From positions 3,540,001 to 3,572,000 of the forward strand of contig NZ_CP015137.1 of the NCBI RefSeq assembly GCF_001644705.1: 32,000 bases of DNA, read 5' to 3'. This stretch comes from Dickeya solani IPO 2222 (GTDB lineage Bacteria; Pseudomonadota; Gammaproteobacteria; Enterobacterales; Enterobacteriaceae). The notes below the pieces were generated by a model. That model made no database searches. It was not told where the DNA came from and saw only the letters and a list, made by a program, of their open reading frames with translations. Shown here piece by piece: positions 10,769-21,594 of the stretch (the stretch's first letter is position 1; every line of letters begins with the position of its first letter). A program made the position numbers and the translations under genes.

Positions 10769-11935
10769 ATGAATTTACATGAGTATCAGGCAAAACAGCT
10801 CTTTGCGCGGTATGGTTTACCGGCGCCTACCGGTTATGCCTGCACAACACCGCGTGAAGCGGAAGAAGCGGCATCCAAGATTGGCGCAGGTCCGTGGGTG
10901 GTGAAGTGTCAGGTACATGCCGGTGGCCGCGGCAAGGCCGGCGGCGTGAAACTGGTGAATAGCAAAGAAGAAATCCGTGCCTTTGCCGAAAACTGGCTGG
11001 GTAAGCGTCTGGTAACCTACCAGACTGACGCCAACGGCCAGCCGGTTCATCAAATTCTGGTGGAAGGCGCGACGGACATTGATAAAGAACTTTATCTGGG
11101 TGCGGTCGTTGACCGCGGCACTCGTCGCGTGGTGTTCATGGCGTCCACCGAGGGTGGGGTAGAGATTGAGAAAGTTGCGGAAGAAACGCCGCACCTGATC
11201 CATAAAGTCGCGTTGGATCCGTTGACCGGTCCGCAGCCGTATCAGGGGCGAGAACTGGCGTTCAAGCTGGGCCTCAGCGGCAAGCAGGTGGCGCAGTTCA
11301 CCAAAATTTTCATGGGACTGGCGACCCTGTTCCTGGAGCGCGATTTGGCGCTGGTGGAAATCAACCCGCTGGTGATCACCAAACAAGGCGATTTGATCTG
11401 TCTGGACGGTAAGCTGGGCGCCGACGGCAATGCTCTGTTCCGTCAGCCGGAACTGCGCGAAATGCGCGACCCCTCTCAGGAAGACGCGCGTGAAGCGCAT
11501 GCGGCTCAGTGGGAACTGAACTATGTGGCGCTGGATGGCAATATCGGTTGTATGGTAAACGGCGCCGGTCTGGCAATGGGAACCATGGATATCGTGAAAC
11601 TGCACGGCGGTTCACCGGCCAACTTCCTTGATGTGGGCGGCGGCGCTACCAAAGAACGCGTTACCGAAGCTTTTAAGATCATCCTGTCCGACGACAAGGT
11701 GAAAGCGGTACTGGTGAATATTTTCGGCGGTATCGTGCGTTGTGACCTGATTGCCGACGGTATTATCGGCGCGGTAGCTGAAGTGGGTGTGAACGTTCCG
11801 GTGGTGGTGCGTCTGGAAGGCAACAATGCCGAACTGGGGGCGCAAAAACTGGCGGATAGTGGTCTGAATATCATTGCTGCGACCAGCCTGACGGATGCGG
11901 CTCAGCAAGTGGTTGCTGCAGTGGGGGGTAAATAA
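10769..11935 (+). CDS. sucC: Succinyl-CoA synthetase beta subunit (ADP-forming)
   Basis: 388 aa, [20 protein letters not shown]..., with an ATP-grasp fold. Same length as E. coli SucC. Confidence 0.97.
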   Translation: MNLHEYQAKQLFARYGLPAPTGYACTTPREAEEAASKIGAGPWVVKCQVHAGGRGKAGGVKLVNSKEEIRAFAENWLGKRLVTYQTDANGQPVHQILVEGATDIDKELYLGAVVDRGTRRVVFMASTEGGVEIEKVAEETPHLIHKVALDPLTGPQPYQGRELAFKLGLSGKQVAQFTKIFMGLATLFLERDLALVEINPLVITKQGDLICLDGKLGADGNALFRQPELREMRDPSQEDAREAHAAQWELNYVALDGNIGCMVNGAGLAMGTMDIVKLHGGSPANFLDVGGGATKERVTEAFKIILSDDKVKAVLVNIFGGIVRCDLIADGIIGAVAEVGVNVPVVVRLEGNNAELGAQKLADSGLNIIAATSLTDAAQQVVAAVGGK

Positions 11936-12807
11936 TGTCCATTCTGATCGATAAAAACACCAAAGTCATCTGTCAGGGTTTTACCGGCAGTCAGGGGTCG
12001 TTCCATTCCGAGCAGGCGATTGCTTACGGTACGCAGATGGTGGGTGGCGTGACGCCCGGCAAGGGCGGCACCGAACATCTGGGTCTGCCGGTATTTAATA
12101 CCGTGCGCGAAGCGGTGGAATCCACTGGTGCGACGGCGTCGGTTATCTATGTTCCGGCGCCGTTCTGTAAAGATTCCATTCTGGAAGCCATTGATGCCGG
12201 CATCCAGTTGATCATCTGTATCACCGAAGGTATCCCGACGCTGGATATGCTGACGGTGAAAGTGAAGCTGGAGCAGAGCGGTGTGCGGATGATCGGCCCG
12301 AACTGCCCAGGGGTAATTACGCCGGGCGCCTGCAAGATTGGTATTATGCCGGGCCACATTCATCTGCCGGGCAAAGTCGGCATCGTGTCCCGCTCCGGTA
12401 CGCTGACCTATGAAGCGGTGAAGCAGACCACGGACATCGGTCTGGGCCAGTCGACCTGTGTGGGTATCGGCGGCGACCCGATTCCGGGCTCCAACTTTAT
12501 CGATATTCTCAAGTTGTTCGAGCAGGATCCGCAAACCGAAGCCATCGTGATGATTGGTGAAATCGGCGGTATCGCGGAAGAAGAAGCGGCTGCTTACATC
12601 AAAGAACACATTACCAAACCGGTGGTGGGGTACATTGCCGGGGTGACGGCGCCGAAAGGCAAACGCATGGGCCATGCCGGTGCAATTATTGCGGGCGGTA
12701 AAGGCACTGCGGATGACAAATTCGCCGCGCTGGAAGCGGCGGGCGTCAAGACCGTACGCAGCCTGGCTGATATCGGCGATGCGGTAAAAGCGGTGCTGGG
12801 GCGTTAA
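11935..12807 (+). CDS. sucD: Succinyl-CoA synthetase alpha subunit
   Basis: 290 aa, [21 protein letters not shown]..., with the phosphohistidine region GHAGAII. The start overlaps the sucC stop (TAATG). Confidence 0.97.
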   Translation: MSILIDKNTKVICQGFTGSQGSFHSEQAIAYGTQMVGGVTPGKGGTEHLGLPVFNTVREAVESTGATASVIYVPAPFCKDSILEAIDAGIQLIICITEGIPTLDMLTVKVKLEQSGVRMIGPNCPGVITPGACKIGIMPGHIHLPGKVGIVSRSGTLTYEAVKQTTDIGLGQSTCVGIGGDPIPGSNFIDILKLFEQDPQTEAIVMIGEIGGIAEEEAAAYIKEHITKPVVGYIAGVTAPKGKRMGHAGAIIAGGKGTADDKFAALEAAGVKTVRSLADIGDAVKAVLGR

Positions 12808-12852
12808 GCCGCAGGCTCAGCCTACCGGATATTTTTAAAGTTCGACATGTTT

Positions 12853-12876
12853 GGCCACCTTGGGTGGCCTTTTTTA
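12853..12876 (+). terminator. Rho-independent terminator ending the sdh-suc operon
   Basis: Stem ggccacc (12853-12859), loop ttg, stem ggtggcc (12863-12869), followed by tttttt. Confidence 0.8.
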
Positions 12877-13495
12877 TATTTGAACCTTGTCGCAAAAATA
12901 TAGCCTGAAAGAAAATTTTTTAATCAAGTCGGCAACAATAAAGTAACAATAAACGCATAAATTAAAAATTTCCATGTTTAGGTTCAACTTGCGCTATTTT
13001 TAATGAAAACAAAAAATATATTATTAACGCCACGCATTGGAAACCACCCAATTACATTGGGTTAACATTTAATGAAGTGTAAAATAAAAGACGCATTTTA
13101 TTAACATCAGAGTGGATATTTGTTTTAGATCAAAAATCCAGGCTGGATATCCACTTAAAAATCAGATTAAATTGCGTCAGGTCAATTGTGCCTTTGGTGA
13201 TGTGCAGCACGAAGATTGGCGTAGAATCAAAAAACTCAATCTGCATCACGTAAAAACCTATTTATTGTAGGGTTGTAGAGGCGTAATATACCGATACTCT
13301 TATCTGAGTATGCTATTTGTAATTCTGTAATTTCTCTTTGGCTTACTTTTCAAATGCGCCGTGGTGACGTGGTTGCGCATATTGAGGCCTGTGCTAAAGC
13401 AATTGTTGTGTTCTTTAGGTTACTAACTGCCGGGTATTTAGTGGCTTGTCTGTACAGCGAGCTAAAGACCCTCCTGCGAGCAGCAAGGAGTTAAG
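12877..13495 (+). promoter_or_regulatory. cydA upstream control region (long, AT-rich)
   Basis: A 619-bp AT-rich non-coding stretch upstream of cydA. E. coli cydAB is known to have multiple promoters with ArcA, FNR and H-NS control. The region contains an FNR-like site at 13120-13133. Confidence 0.6.
13120..13133. promoter_or_regulatory. Candidate FNR site
   Basis: TTGTT-ttag-ATCAA matches 9 of 10 conserved positions of the consensus TTGAT-N4-ATCAA. It is bracketed by a perfect 9-bp inverted repeat, agtggatat (13111-13119) and atatccact (13147-13155). Confidence 0.4.
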
Positions 13496-15061
13496 ATGTT
13501 TGATGTAGTCGAACTGTCACGTTTACAGTTTGCCTTGACCGCGATGTATCATTTCCTGTTCGTGCCTTTAACGCTGGGGATGGCGTTTTTGTTGGCGATC
13601 ATGGAAACCGTGTATGTCCTGTCCGGCAAACAAATCTACAAAGATATGACCAAGTTCTGGGGCAAGCTGTTTGCAATCAACTTTGCTCTCGGCGTTTCCA
13701 CCGGTCTGACCATGGAATTCCAGTTCGGTACTAACTGGTCATATTACTCTCACTATGTCGGCGATATCTTCGGTGCACCTCTGGCAATCGAAGGATTGAT
13801 GGCGTTCTTCCTGGAATCCACTTTTGTCGGGCTGTTCTTCTTTGGCTGGGATCGCCTGGGCAAAGTGCAGCACATGGCGGTAACCTGGCTGGTGGCGTTA
13901 GGTTCCAACCTGTCCGCGCTGTGGATCCTGGTGGCCAACGGCTGGATGCAAAACCCGATCGCGTCGGATTTCAACTTCGAAACCATGCGTATGGAGATGG
14001 TGAGCTTCGCCGATCTGGTGCTGAACCCGGTTGCACAGGTGAAATTCGTTCACACCGTCGCCGCGGGTTACTGTACCGGCGCGATGTTCATTCTGGGTAT
14101 CAGTTCCTATTATCTGCTGAAAGGGCGTGATGTTGCTTTTGCCAAACGCTCCTTTGCAATCGCAGCCAGTTTCGGTATGGCGTCGGTGCTGTCTGTTATC
14201 GTACTGGGCGATGAGTCCGGCTATGAAATGGGCGACGTGCAGAAAACCAAGCTGGCGGCTATCGAAGCTGAATGGGAAACCCAGCCGGCGCCGGCGGCGT
14301 TCACACTGTTCGGTATTCCGAATCAGGAGACGATGGAGAACAAGTACGCGATTCAGGTTCCCTATATGTTGGGCCTGATCGTCACCCGTTCTACCGACAA
14401 GACCGTTACCGGCCTGAAAGAGCTGATGGAACAGCATGAAGTGCGTATCCGTAACGGGATGCAAGCCTATCACCTGTTGCAGCAACTGCGTTCCGGCAAC
14501 ACCGATCCGGCGGTTCGTGATGAATTCGTCAAGAATAAACGGGATCTCGGTTATGGCCTGCTGCTGAAGCGCTATACCACAAATGTGACTGATGCCAGCG
14601 ATGCGCAGATTAAACAGGCGGTCAAGGATTCTATCCCGCGTGTTGCGCCGTTGTACTTCTCCTTCCGCATTATGGTGGCTTGCGGCGTGCTAATGCTGCT
14701 GATCATCGGTCTGTCGTTCTGGACGGTGCTGCGCAACAAAATTGGTCAGAAACGCTGGCTGCATCGCGTTGCGCTGTATGGCATCCCATTGCCGTGGATT
14801 GCGATTGAAGCCGGCTGGTTTGTAGCGGAATACGGTCGTCAGCCGTGGGCGGTTGGCGAAGTGTTGCCGACAGCTGTCGCCAACTCCTCGCTAACCGCGG
14901 GAGACATCCTGTTCTCCATGGGACTGATTTGCGGTCTTTACACGCTGTTCCTGGTGGCTGAAATGTACCTGATGTTCAAGTATGCGCGTCTGGGTCCAAG
15001 CAGCCTGAAAACGGGTGCCTATCACTTCGAACAGCCGATCGCGGCTCAGGAAGCACGGTAA
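13496..15061 (+). CDS. cydA: Cytochrome bd-I ubiquinol oxidase subunit I
   Basis: 521 aa, [39 protein letters not shown]..., nearly collinear with E. coli CydA (522 aa). AAGGAG lies upstream. Confidence 0.97.
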   Translation: MFDVVELSRLQFALTAMYHFLFVPLTLGMAFLLAIMETVYVLSGKQIYKDMTKFWGKLFAINFALGVSTGLTMEFQFGTNWSYYSHYVGDIFGAPLAIEGLMAFFLESTFVGLFFFGWDRLGKVQHMAVTWLVALGSNLSALWILVANGWMQNPIASDFNFETMRMEMVSFADLVLNPVAQVKFVHTVAAGYCTGAMFILGISSYYLLKGRDVAFAKRSFAIAASFGMASVLSVIVLGDESGYEMGDVQKTKLAAIEAEWETQPAPAAFTLFGIPNQETMENKYAIQVPYMLGLIVTRSTDKTVTGLKELMEQHEVRIRNGMQAYHLLQQLRSGNTDPAVRDEFVKNKRDLGYGLLLKRYTTNVTDASDAQIKQAVKDSIPRVAPLYFSFRIMVACGVLMLLIIGLSFWTVLRNKIGQKRWLHRVALYGIPLPWIAIEAGWFVAEYGRQPWAVGEVLPTAVANSSLTAGDILFSMGLICGLYTLFLVAEMYLMFKYARLGPSSLKTGAYHFEQPIAAQEAR

Positions 15062-15073
15062 CAGGAGTCCACT

Positions 15074-16213
15074 ATGTTTGATTATGAAGTCTTGCGTTTT
15101 GTCTGGTGGCTGCTGATTGGTGTGCTACTGATCGGTTTTGCGGTCACTGATGGTTTCGACATGGGCGTCGGTGTGCTGGCGCGCCTGATGGGCCGTAACG
15201 ATGTAGAGCGCCGCGTGATGATCAACAGCATCGCGCCGCACTGGGACGGTAACCAGGTTTGGTTGATCACGGCGGGTGGCGCACTGTTTGCTGCCTGGCC
15301 GATGGTTTACGCAGCGGCGTTTTCCGGTTTCTACATCGCCATGATTCTGGTGCTGGCGTCTCTGTATTTCCGCCCGGTCGGCTTTGACTACCGTTCGAAA
15401 ATCGAAGATCCGCGTTGGCGTAACATGTGGGACTGGGGCATTTTCATCGGTAGTTTCGTACCGCCGGTGGTCATCGGGGTAGCGTTCGGCAACCTGCTGC
15501 AGGGTGTGCCGTTCCACGTGGATGAGTACCTGCGCCTGTACTACACCGGCAATTTCTTCCAGTTGCTTAACCCGTTCGGGTTACTGGCCGGCGTTGTCAG
15601 CCTGAGCATGATTGTAGCTCAGGGCGCGACTTACCTGGTGATGCGTACCTCTGGCGATCTGCATTTCCGTGCCAAAAAGGTCGCTCAGTTCTCTTCGCTG
15701 GCGCTGACGGTGACCTTTGCACTGGCTGGTGTATGGGTGGTTTATGGTATCGATGGTTATGCGGTGACTTCGGTCATCAATACTGCCGGCGAATCCAACC
15801 CGCTGCATAAAGAAGTCGTGCGTCAGGCCGGTGCCTGGCTGGTCAACTTCAACAACCATCAGGTGTTGTGGGCGATTCCGCTGCTGGGCGTCGTGCTGCC
15901 GCTGATGACGGCTGGCATGGCACGTGCGGAAAAAGGCGCAATGGCGTTTCTGTTCTCTTCGCTCAGCATCGCCTGTGTGATTCTGACCGCTGGGATCGCC
16001 ATGTTCCCGTTCATTATGCCGTCGGTGACAGTACCGAATGTCAGCCTGACCGTGTGGGATGCCACATCCAGCCTGCTTACGCTCAGAGTGATGACCGTGG
16101 TAGCGATTATTTTCGTACCCATCGTACTGTCCTACACCATCTGGTGTTACTACAAGATGTTTGGACGTATCACCAAAGAGCATGTCGAGCAGAACTCGCA
16201 TTCGTTGTACTAA
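15074..16213 (+). CDS. cydB: Cytochrome bd-I ubiquinol oxidase subunit II
   Basis: 379 aa, the same length as E. coli CydB. It is polytopic and hydrophobic, with AGGAG 8 nt upstream. Confidence 0.96.
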   Translation: MFDYEVLRFVWWLLIGVLLIGFAVTDGFDMGVGVLARLMGRNDVERRVMINSIAPHWDGNQVWLITAGGALFAAWPMVYAAAFSGFYIAMILVLASLYFRPVGFDYRSKIEDPRWRNMWDWGIFIGSFVPPVVIGVAFGNLLQGVPFHVDEYLRLYYTGNFFQLLNPFGLLAGVVSLSMIVAQGATYLVMRTSGDLHFRAKKVAQFSSLALTVTFALAGVWVVYGIDGYAVTSVINTAGESNPLHKEVVRQAGAWLVNFNNHQVLWAIPLLGVVLPLMTAGMARAEKGAMAFLFSSLSIACVILTAGIAMFPFIMPSVTVPNVSLTVWDATSSLLTLRVMTVVAIIFVPIVLSYTIWCYYKMFGRITKEHVEQNSHSLY

Positions 16214-16229
16214 GTAAGGAGCCTGACTT

Positions 16230-16346
16230 ATGTGGTATTTTGCCTGGATATTAGGAACGCTTCTTGCTTGTTCGCTGGGCGTGATTACCGCTCTGGCGCT
16301 GGAACAGAGCGAAGCAACCAAGACGAATCAAGATAAACCGCAATGA
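16230..16346 (+). CDS. cydX: Cytochrome bd-I oxidase accessory small subunit CydX (38 aa)
   Basis: Not in the ORF track because it is shorter than 60 aa. My translation is MWYFAWILGTLLACSLGVITALALEQSEATKTNQDKPQ; its first 24 residues are nearly identical to E. coli CydX (MWYFAWILGTLLACSFGVITALALE). AAGGAG (16215-16220) lies 9 nt upstream. Its stop overlaps the ybgE ATG (ATGA). Confidence 0.85.
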   Translation: MWYFAWILGTLLACSLGVITALALEQSEATKTNQDKPQ

Positions 16347-16636
16347 TTGCTTTTATTGATCGTCTCTACCGCTGTATGGATAAGGGCCCGTTACGGGCCC
16401 TTTCCCTGATCATGGCGTTGTTGTTGGCCGGATGCGTATTCTGGGAACCGGCTCGTTTTGCCGCCCGTACCAGCTCACTGGCAGTCTGGCAAGGGATGGC
16501 GCTGATTTGGGCGGTTTGTACGGGCGTCGTTCACGGCGTGGGTTTTCGTCCTCAGCGTATGCGTTGGCGCGCCTTCTTTTCCCCGCTTCCGGCCTTTGTG
16601 ATCCTGGCCGCAGGATTGTATTACTACTTCCTGTAA
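16343..16636 (+). CDS. ybgE: Cyd operon protein YbgE (small inner-membrane protein)
   Basis: 97 aa, the same length as E. coli YbgE, with the shared core RPLRALS..MALLLAGC.FW.P.RFAA and GV.HGVGFRPQ. Confidence 0.85.
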   Translation: MIAFIDRLYRCMDKGPLRALSLIMALLLAGCVFWEPARFAARTSSLAVWQGMALIWAVCTGVVHGVGFRPQRMRWRAFFSPLPAFVILAAGLYYYFL

Positions 16637-16658
16637 AATAGTCCTTCATTCCTTTTGG

Positions 16659-16690
16659 TTATGGGTTGTTCGCAACCCATAATTATTTAC
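16659..16690 (+). terminator. Rho-independent terminator after the cyd operon
   Basis: Perfect 10-bp stem ttatgggttg (16659-16668) / caacccataa (16673-16682) with a ttcg tetraloop, followed by ttattt. Confidence 0.65.
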
Positions 16691-16710
16691 CCTCCTGTAC
16701 ATAGAACCCA

Positions 16711-16739
16711 TTCCAAACCTTATCCCTCTTGCGTATAGT
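16711..16739 (+). promoter_or_regulatory. Candidate sigma70 promoter for ybgC-tolQRA
   Basis: ttccaa (16711-16716), 17-nt spacer, tatagt (16734-16739). It would start transcription about 25 nt before the GTG at 16771, which argues against the TTG start at 16729. Confidence 0.35.
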
Positions 16740-16770
16740 AGCGGGGTTTATCGCATTACCGGGATGTAGA

Positions 16771-17858
<1,088 letters not shown>

Positions 17859-17870
17859 TCGGGAGGTGAT

Positions 17871-18296
17871 ATGGCTCGTGCGCGTAGCGGCCGCCGGTCG
17901 CTGAAATCCGAGATTAATATTGTTCCCCTGCTGGACGTGTTGCTGGTGCTGTTGCTGATCTTCATGGCGACCGCACCGATCATCACCCAGAGCGTGGAAG
18001 TGGATCTGCCGGATGCAACCGAATCCAAAACCGTATCCAGCAACGATAATCCGCCAGTGATTGTCGAGGTATCCGGTGTAGGGCAATACAGTTTGGTGGT
18101 TGATCATAATCGTATGAATCAACTGCCTGCGGAGCAGGTGGTGGCTGAAGCCCAGTCCCGCCTGACCGCGAACCCGAAAACGGTCTTTTTGATCGGGGGT
18201 GCCAAGGATGTTCCTTATGATGAGATCATCAAGGCGCTGAATTTGTTGCATCAGGCCGGAGTCAAATCTGTCGGGTTGATGACACAGCCGATTTGA
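17871..18296 (+). CDS. tolR: Tol-Pal system protein TolR (ExbD/MotB-like)
   Basis: 141 aa, with LKSEINIVPLLDVLLVLLLIFMATAPIITQSVEVDLPDATES as in E. coli TolR. GGGAGG lies upstream. Confidence 0.96.
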   Translation: MARARSGRRSLKSEINIVPLLDVLLVLLLIFMATAPIITQSVEVDLPDATESKTVSSNDNPPVIVEVSGVGQYSLVVDHNRMNQLPAEQVVAEAQSRLTANPKTVFLIGGAKDVPYDEIIKALNLLHQAGVKSVGLMTQPI

Positions 18297-18334
18297 CCGG
18301 AGAGTCCGTGAATGATGAAGTCTGTGGATGATGA

Positions 18335-18384
18335 CGTTCGTACACGATAACGTTTGTACATGATAACGTTGGTACACGATATAA
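18335..18384. repeat. Three tandem copies of a 16-nt unit in the tolR-tolA spacer
   Basis: The copies are cgttcgtacacgataa (18335-18350), cgtttgtacatgataa (18351-18366) and cgttggtacacgatataa (18367-18384). Confidence 0.85.
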
Positions 18385-18424
18385 GTAGTCATTTGTCTGG
18401 CAAAACTGTTTTTGGGAACCCCTT

Positions 18425-19621
18425 GTGTTAAAGGCAAACGAACGAAACGATAAGCTAAAGCGTGCCGTCATTATCTCGGTCGTTTTGCACGTTATTCTGA
18501 TTACGTTGCTGATTCTGAGTTCGCTGAATCAGAAGATGGATGACGCCAGCGGTGGTGGCGGTGGGTCATCCATTGATGCGGTGATGGTCGACCCCAGCGC
18601 GGTGGTTGATCAGTACAACCGGCAGCAGCAGCAACAGAATGACGCTCGCCGCGCCGAACAGTTGCGTAAGAAACAGGCGGAGCAGCAGGCTGAGGAGTTG
18701 CAGGCGAAACAGGCGGCTGAGCAGCAACGGCTGAAAGAACTGGAAAAAGAGCGTCTGCAGGCGCAGGAAGAGGCGAAGCAGCAGGCTCAGGAACAGGCGG
18801 AACAGCGTAAACAGGCGGAAGACGCCGCCCAGAAAGCGAAAGAACAGCAGAAACAGGCGGAAGCCGCTGCCGCTAAAGCCAAAGCGGAGGCCGAGCAACA
18901 AGCTAAAGCCGCCGCCGATGCGAAGAAGCAGGCTGAGGAAGAAGTGAAAAAACAGGCGGCTGCCGACGCGAAGAAAAAGGCGGAAGAAGAGGCTAAAACC
19001 AAAGCTGCAGCCGCGGCTGAAGTAAAGAAGAAAGCGGAAGAGGAAGCCAAAGCCAAGGCGGCGGCTGATGCTAAGCAGAAAGCCGATGAAGAGGCGAAGG
19101 CCAAAGCAGCTGAAGCCGCGAAGGAAAAGGCGGCTGCCGACGCCGCCAAGAAAGCTGAGGCGGCGGCTGCAGCCAAGAAAGCGGCTGACGACAAGAAAAA
19201 AGCTGCCGCTACGGCGGCCAAACAGGCCGGTGAAGTTGACGACTTGCTGGGCGGGCTGGCATCGTCGAAGAACGCGCCTAAAGGCGGCGGCAGTGCTGCT
19301 GGTGGCGGTGCGCCGGCAGGGGTGGGAAATAATAAGAAGAGCGGGGCATCCGGTGCTGCGCTGGACAGCTACGGCAGCCAGGTTCGCACCGCGATTCAGA
19401 GCAAGTTTTATGACTGGGAGTCCTACAAGGGGCGCACCTGTACGTTACGTATCAGACTGGCGCCGGATGGTCTGCTGGTTGATGTGAAGAGCGAGGGGGG
19501 CGATCCGGCGTTGTGTCAGGCGGCGATTGCTGCGGCCAAACAGGCGCGGATACCGAAGCCGCCCAGCTCTGATGTATATGAAGCTTTCAAGAACGCACCG
19601 ATAGACTTTAAACCGCAGTGA
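18425..19621 (+). CDS. tolA: Tol-Pal system protein TolA
   Basis: GTG start with GGGA 7 nt upstream. 398 aa. It has an N-terminal anchor (NDKLKRAVIISVVLHVIL), a long Ala/Lys/Glu helical domain II, and a C-terminal domain III (GRTCTLRIRLAPDGLLVDVKSEGGDPALCQAAIAAAK) as in E. coli. Confidence 0.93.
   Translation: MLKANERNDKLKRAVIISVVLHVILITLLILSSLNQKMDDASGGGGGSSIDAVMVDPSAVVDQYNRQQQQQNDARRAEQLRKKQAEQQAEELQAKQAAEQQRLKELEKERLQAQEEAKQQAQEQAEQRKQAEDAAQKAKEQQKQAEAAAAKAKAEAEQQAKAAADAKKQAEEEVKKQAAADAKKKAEEEAKTKAAAAAEVKKKAEEEAKAKAAADAKQKADEEAKAKAAEAAKEKAAADAAKKAEAAAAAKKAADDKKKAAATAAKQAGEVDDLLGGLASSKNAPKGGGSAAGGGAPAGVGNNKKSGASGAALDSYGSQVRTAIQSKFYDWESYKGRTCTLRIRLAPDGLLVDVKSEGGDPALCQAAIAAAKQARIPKPPSSDVYEAFKNAPIDFKPQ
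18620..19228 (+). repeat. Low-complexity coding repeats of TolA domain II (A/K/E/Q-rich, about 13-16 aa periodicity)
   Basis: Reiterated AADAKK.AEEEAK.KA-type segments are visible in the translation (about aa 66-268). This is a known feature of TolA proteins. Confidence 0.8.
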
Positions 19622-19753
19622 TCCGGTTGCCAGTTGGCGGAGTTTAAGACTATGACTATATCTGGTCGCCGTACACATCGTGTTTGTTGATATGGGTTTG
19701 TTAAAACGCTGCCAGGTTATCGTAGGCTCTGGAGCCTGGATAAGGGAGATGAG

Positions 19754-21040
19754 ATGAAGCAGGCATTAAAAATTGCATTGAGTTTTCTGATGCTGTGGAC
19801 GGCTGTGTTGCATGCAGAAGTCCGTATTGAAATTACCCAGGGGGTCGACTCCGCGCGCCCAATCGGTGTGGTTCCGTTCAAATCGACGGGCGGCGCTGTT
19901 CCTGAAGAAATCGGCAGTATTGTTGCCGCGGACTTGCGCAATAGCGGCAAGTTCAACCCGATCGATCCGAGCCGTATGCCGCAGCAGCCGGGTAGTGCCG
20001 CTGAAGTGACACCGGCCGCCTGGACCGCTCTGGGGATTGATGCCGTAATTGTCGGCCAGGTCCAACCGACCGCGGATGGTTATCTGGTGTCTTATCAACT
20101 GGTAGATACTTCCGGCAGTGCAGGCAGCGTGCTGGCTCAGAACCAGTTCAAAGTGACCAAGCAGTGGCTGCGTTATGCTGCCCACACCGCCAGTGATGAA
20201 GTTTTTGAAAAACTGACCGGTATCAAGGGCGCTTTCCGTACCCGTATTGCCTATGTGGTGCAAACCAACGGCGGGCAGTATCCGTACGAATTGCGTGTAG
20301 CTGACTACGACGGTTACAACCAGTTTGTGGTACACCGTTCTCCGGAACCGCTGATGTCTCCGTCCTGGTCGGCGGATGGCGGCAAACTGGCGTATGTGAC
20401 GTTTGAAAGCGGCCGCTCCGCGCTGGTTGTCCAGACGCTGGCCAACGGCGATATCAAACAGATTGCTTCTTTCCCGCGTCACAATGGTGCGCCGGCGTTC
20501 TCTCCGGACGGTTCCAAACTGGCGTTTGCGCTATCCAAGAGCGGTAGCCTGAATCTGTATGTGATGAATCTCGGCTCTGGTCAGATTTCTCAGGTGACTG
20601 ACGGTCGTAGCAATAACACTGAGCCGACCTGGTTCCCTGACAGCCAGACGCTGGCCTATACTTCTGACCAGGCCGGTCGTCCTCAGATTTATAAAATCGG
20701 TATCAACGGCGGTGCTCCCCAGCGCCTGACCTGGGAAGGTTCCCAGAATCAGGATTCTGAAATCAGCAGCGATGGTAAATTCCTGGTGATGGTCAGCTCT
20801 AACAGCGGCGCTCAGCATATCGCCAAACAGGATCTGGTAACGGGTGGCGTTCAAGTGTTAACGGACACGTTCCTGGATGAAACGCCGAGTATCGCACCCA
20901 ATGGCACCATGGTAATCTACAGTTCCAAACAGGGGCTGGGTTCCGTGCTGCAACTGGTTTCGACCGATGGGCGTTTTAAAGCGCGTCTTCCGGCAACTGA
21001 TGGTCAGGTGAGATTCCCTGCCTGGTCGCCGTATATGTAA
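19754..21040 (+). CDS. tolB: Tol-Pal system periplasmic beta-propeller protein TolB
   Basis: 428 aa with signal peptide [27 protein letters not shown]. It is collinear with E. coli TolB (430 aa). GGGAG lies upstream. Confidence 0.97.
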   Translation: MKQALKIALSFLMLWTAVLHAEVRIEITQGVDSARPIGVVPFKSTGGAVPEEIGSIVAADLRNSGKFNPIDPSRMPQQPGSAAEVTPAAWTALGIDAVIVGQVQPTADGYLVSYQLVDTSGSAGSVLAQNQFKVTKQWLRYAAHTASDEVFEKLTGIKGAFRTRIAYVVQTNGGQYPYELRVADYDGYNQFVVHRSPEPLMSPSWSADGGKLAYVTFESGRSALVVQTLANGDIKQIASFPRHNGAPAFSPDGSKLAFALSKSGSLNLYVMNLGSGQISQVTDGRSNNTEPTWFPDSQTLAYTSDQAGRPQIYKIGINGGAPQRLTWEGSQNQDSEISSDGKFLVMVSSNSGAQHIAKQDLVTGGVQVLTDTFLDETPSIAPNGTMVIYSSKQGLGSVLQLVSTDGRFKARLPATDGQVRFPAWSPYM

Positions 21041-21078
21041 TCAAAATATGTACAATAACCTATTTAAAGGACATAGAA

Positions 21079-21585
21079 ATGCAATTCAATAAAGTGCTGA
21101 AAGGCCTGATGTTGGCTCTGCCGGTGCTGGCTGTTGCCGCATGTAGCTCCAACAAACACGCTAATAACGACCAGTCTTCCCTGAACGGCGGCGCTGGCAT
21201 GGAAAATGGCGGCAACATGTCTTCTGCTGAGCAGGCTCGTCTGCAGATGCAGGAACTGCAGCGCAACAATATCGTTTACTTCGATCTGGACAAATACGAC
21301 ATTCGTCCTGACTTCGCTCAGATGCTGGATGCGCATGCTGCTTTCCTGCGCAGCAACCCGTCCTACAAAGTGACTGTTGAAGGTCATGCGGACGAACGCG
21401 GTACGCCGGAATACAACATCGCGCTGGGCGAGCGTCGTGCCAACGCTGTGCAGATGTACCTGCAGGGTAAAGGCGTGTCGGCTGATCAGATCTCCGTGGT
21501 TTCTTACGGTAAAGAGAAACCTGCCGTTCTGGGTCATGACGAAGCTGCATGGTCCAAAAACCGTCGTGCCGTTCTGGTATACTAA
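21079..21585 (+). CDS. pal: Peptidoglycan-associated outer membrane lipoprotein Pal (OmpA-like domain)
   Basis: 168 aa. The lipoprotein signal ends ...LAVAAC|SS. The OmpA-like domain ([14 protein letters not shown]...[21 protein letters not shown]) matches E. coli Pal. Confidence 0.97.
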   Translation: MQFNKVLKGLMLALPVLAVAACSSNKHANNDQSSLNGGAGMENGGNMSSAEQARLQMQELQRNNIVYFDLDKYDIRPDFAQMLDAHAAFLRSNPSYKVTVEGHADERGTPEYNIALGERRANAVQMYLQGKGVSADQISVVSYGKEKPAVLGHDEAAWSKNRRAVLVY

Positions 21586-21594
21586 GAGAATCGC

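Noticed and set aside
10817-12675. Minus-strand ORFs of 262 aa and 257 aa opposite sucC and sucD, and similar ones opposite cydB (15581-16321), tolB (19766-20482), nadA (24377-25006) and aroG (27596-28429)
   Set aside because: All are fully nested antisense to well-supported conserved genes, and none has a recognisable domain.
18787-19221. A 144-aa Ala/Ser/Phe-rich minus-strand ORF and + strand alternate-frame ORFs within tolA
   Set aside because: They are products of the low-complexity GC-rich repeat DNA that encodes TolA domain II, and the frames are artefactual.
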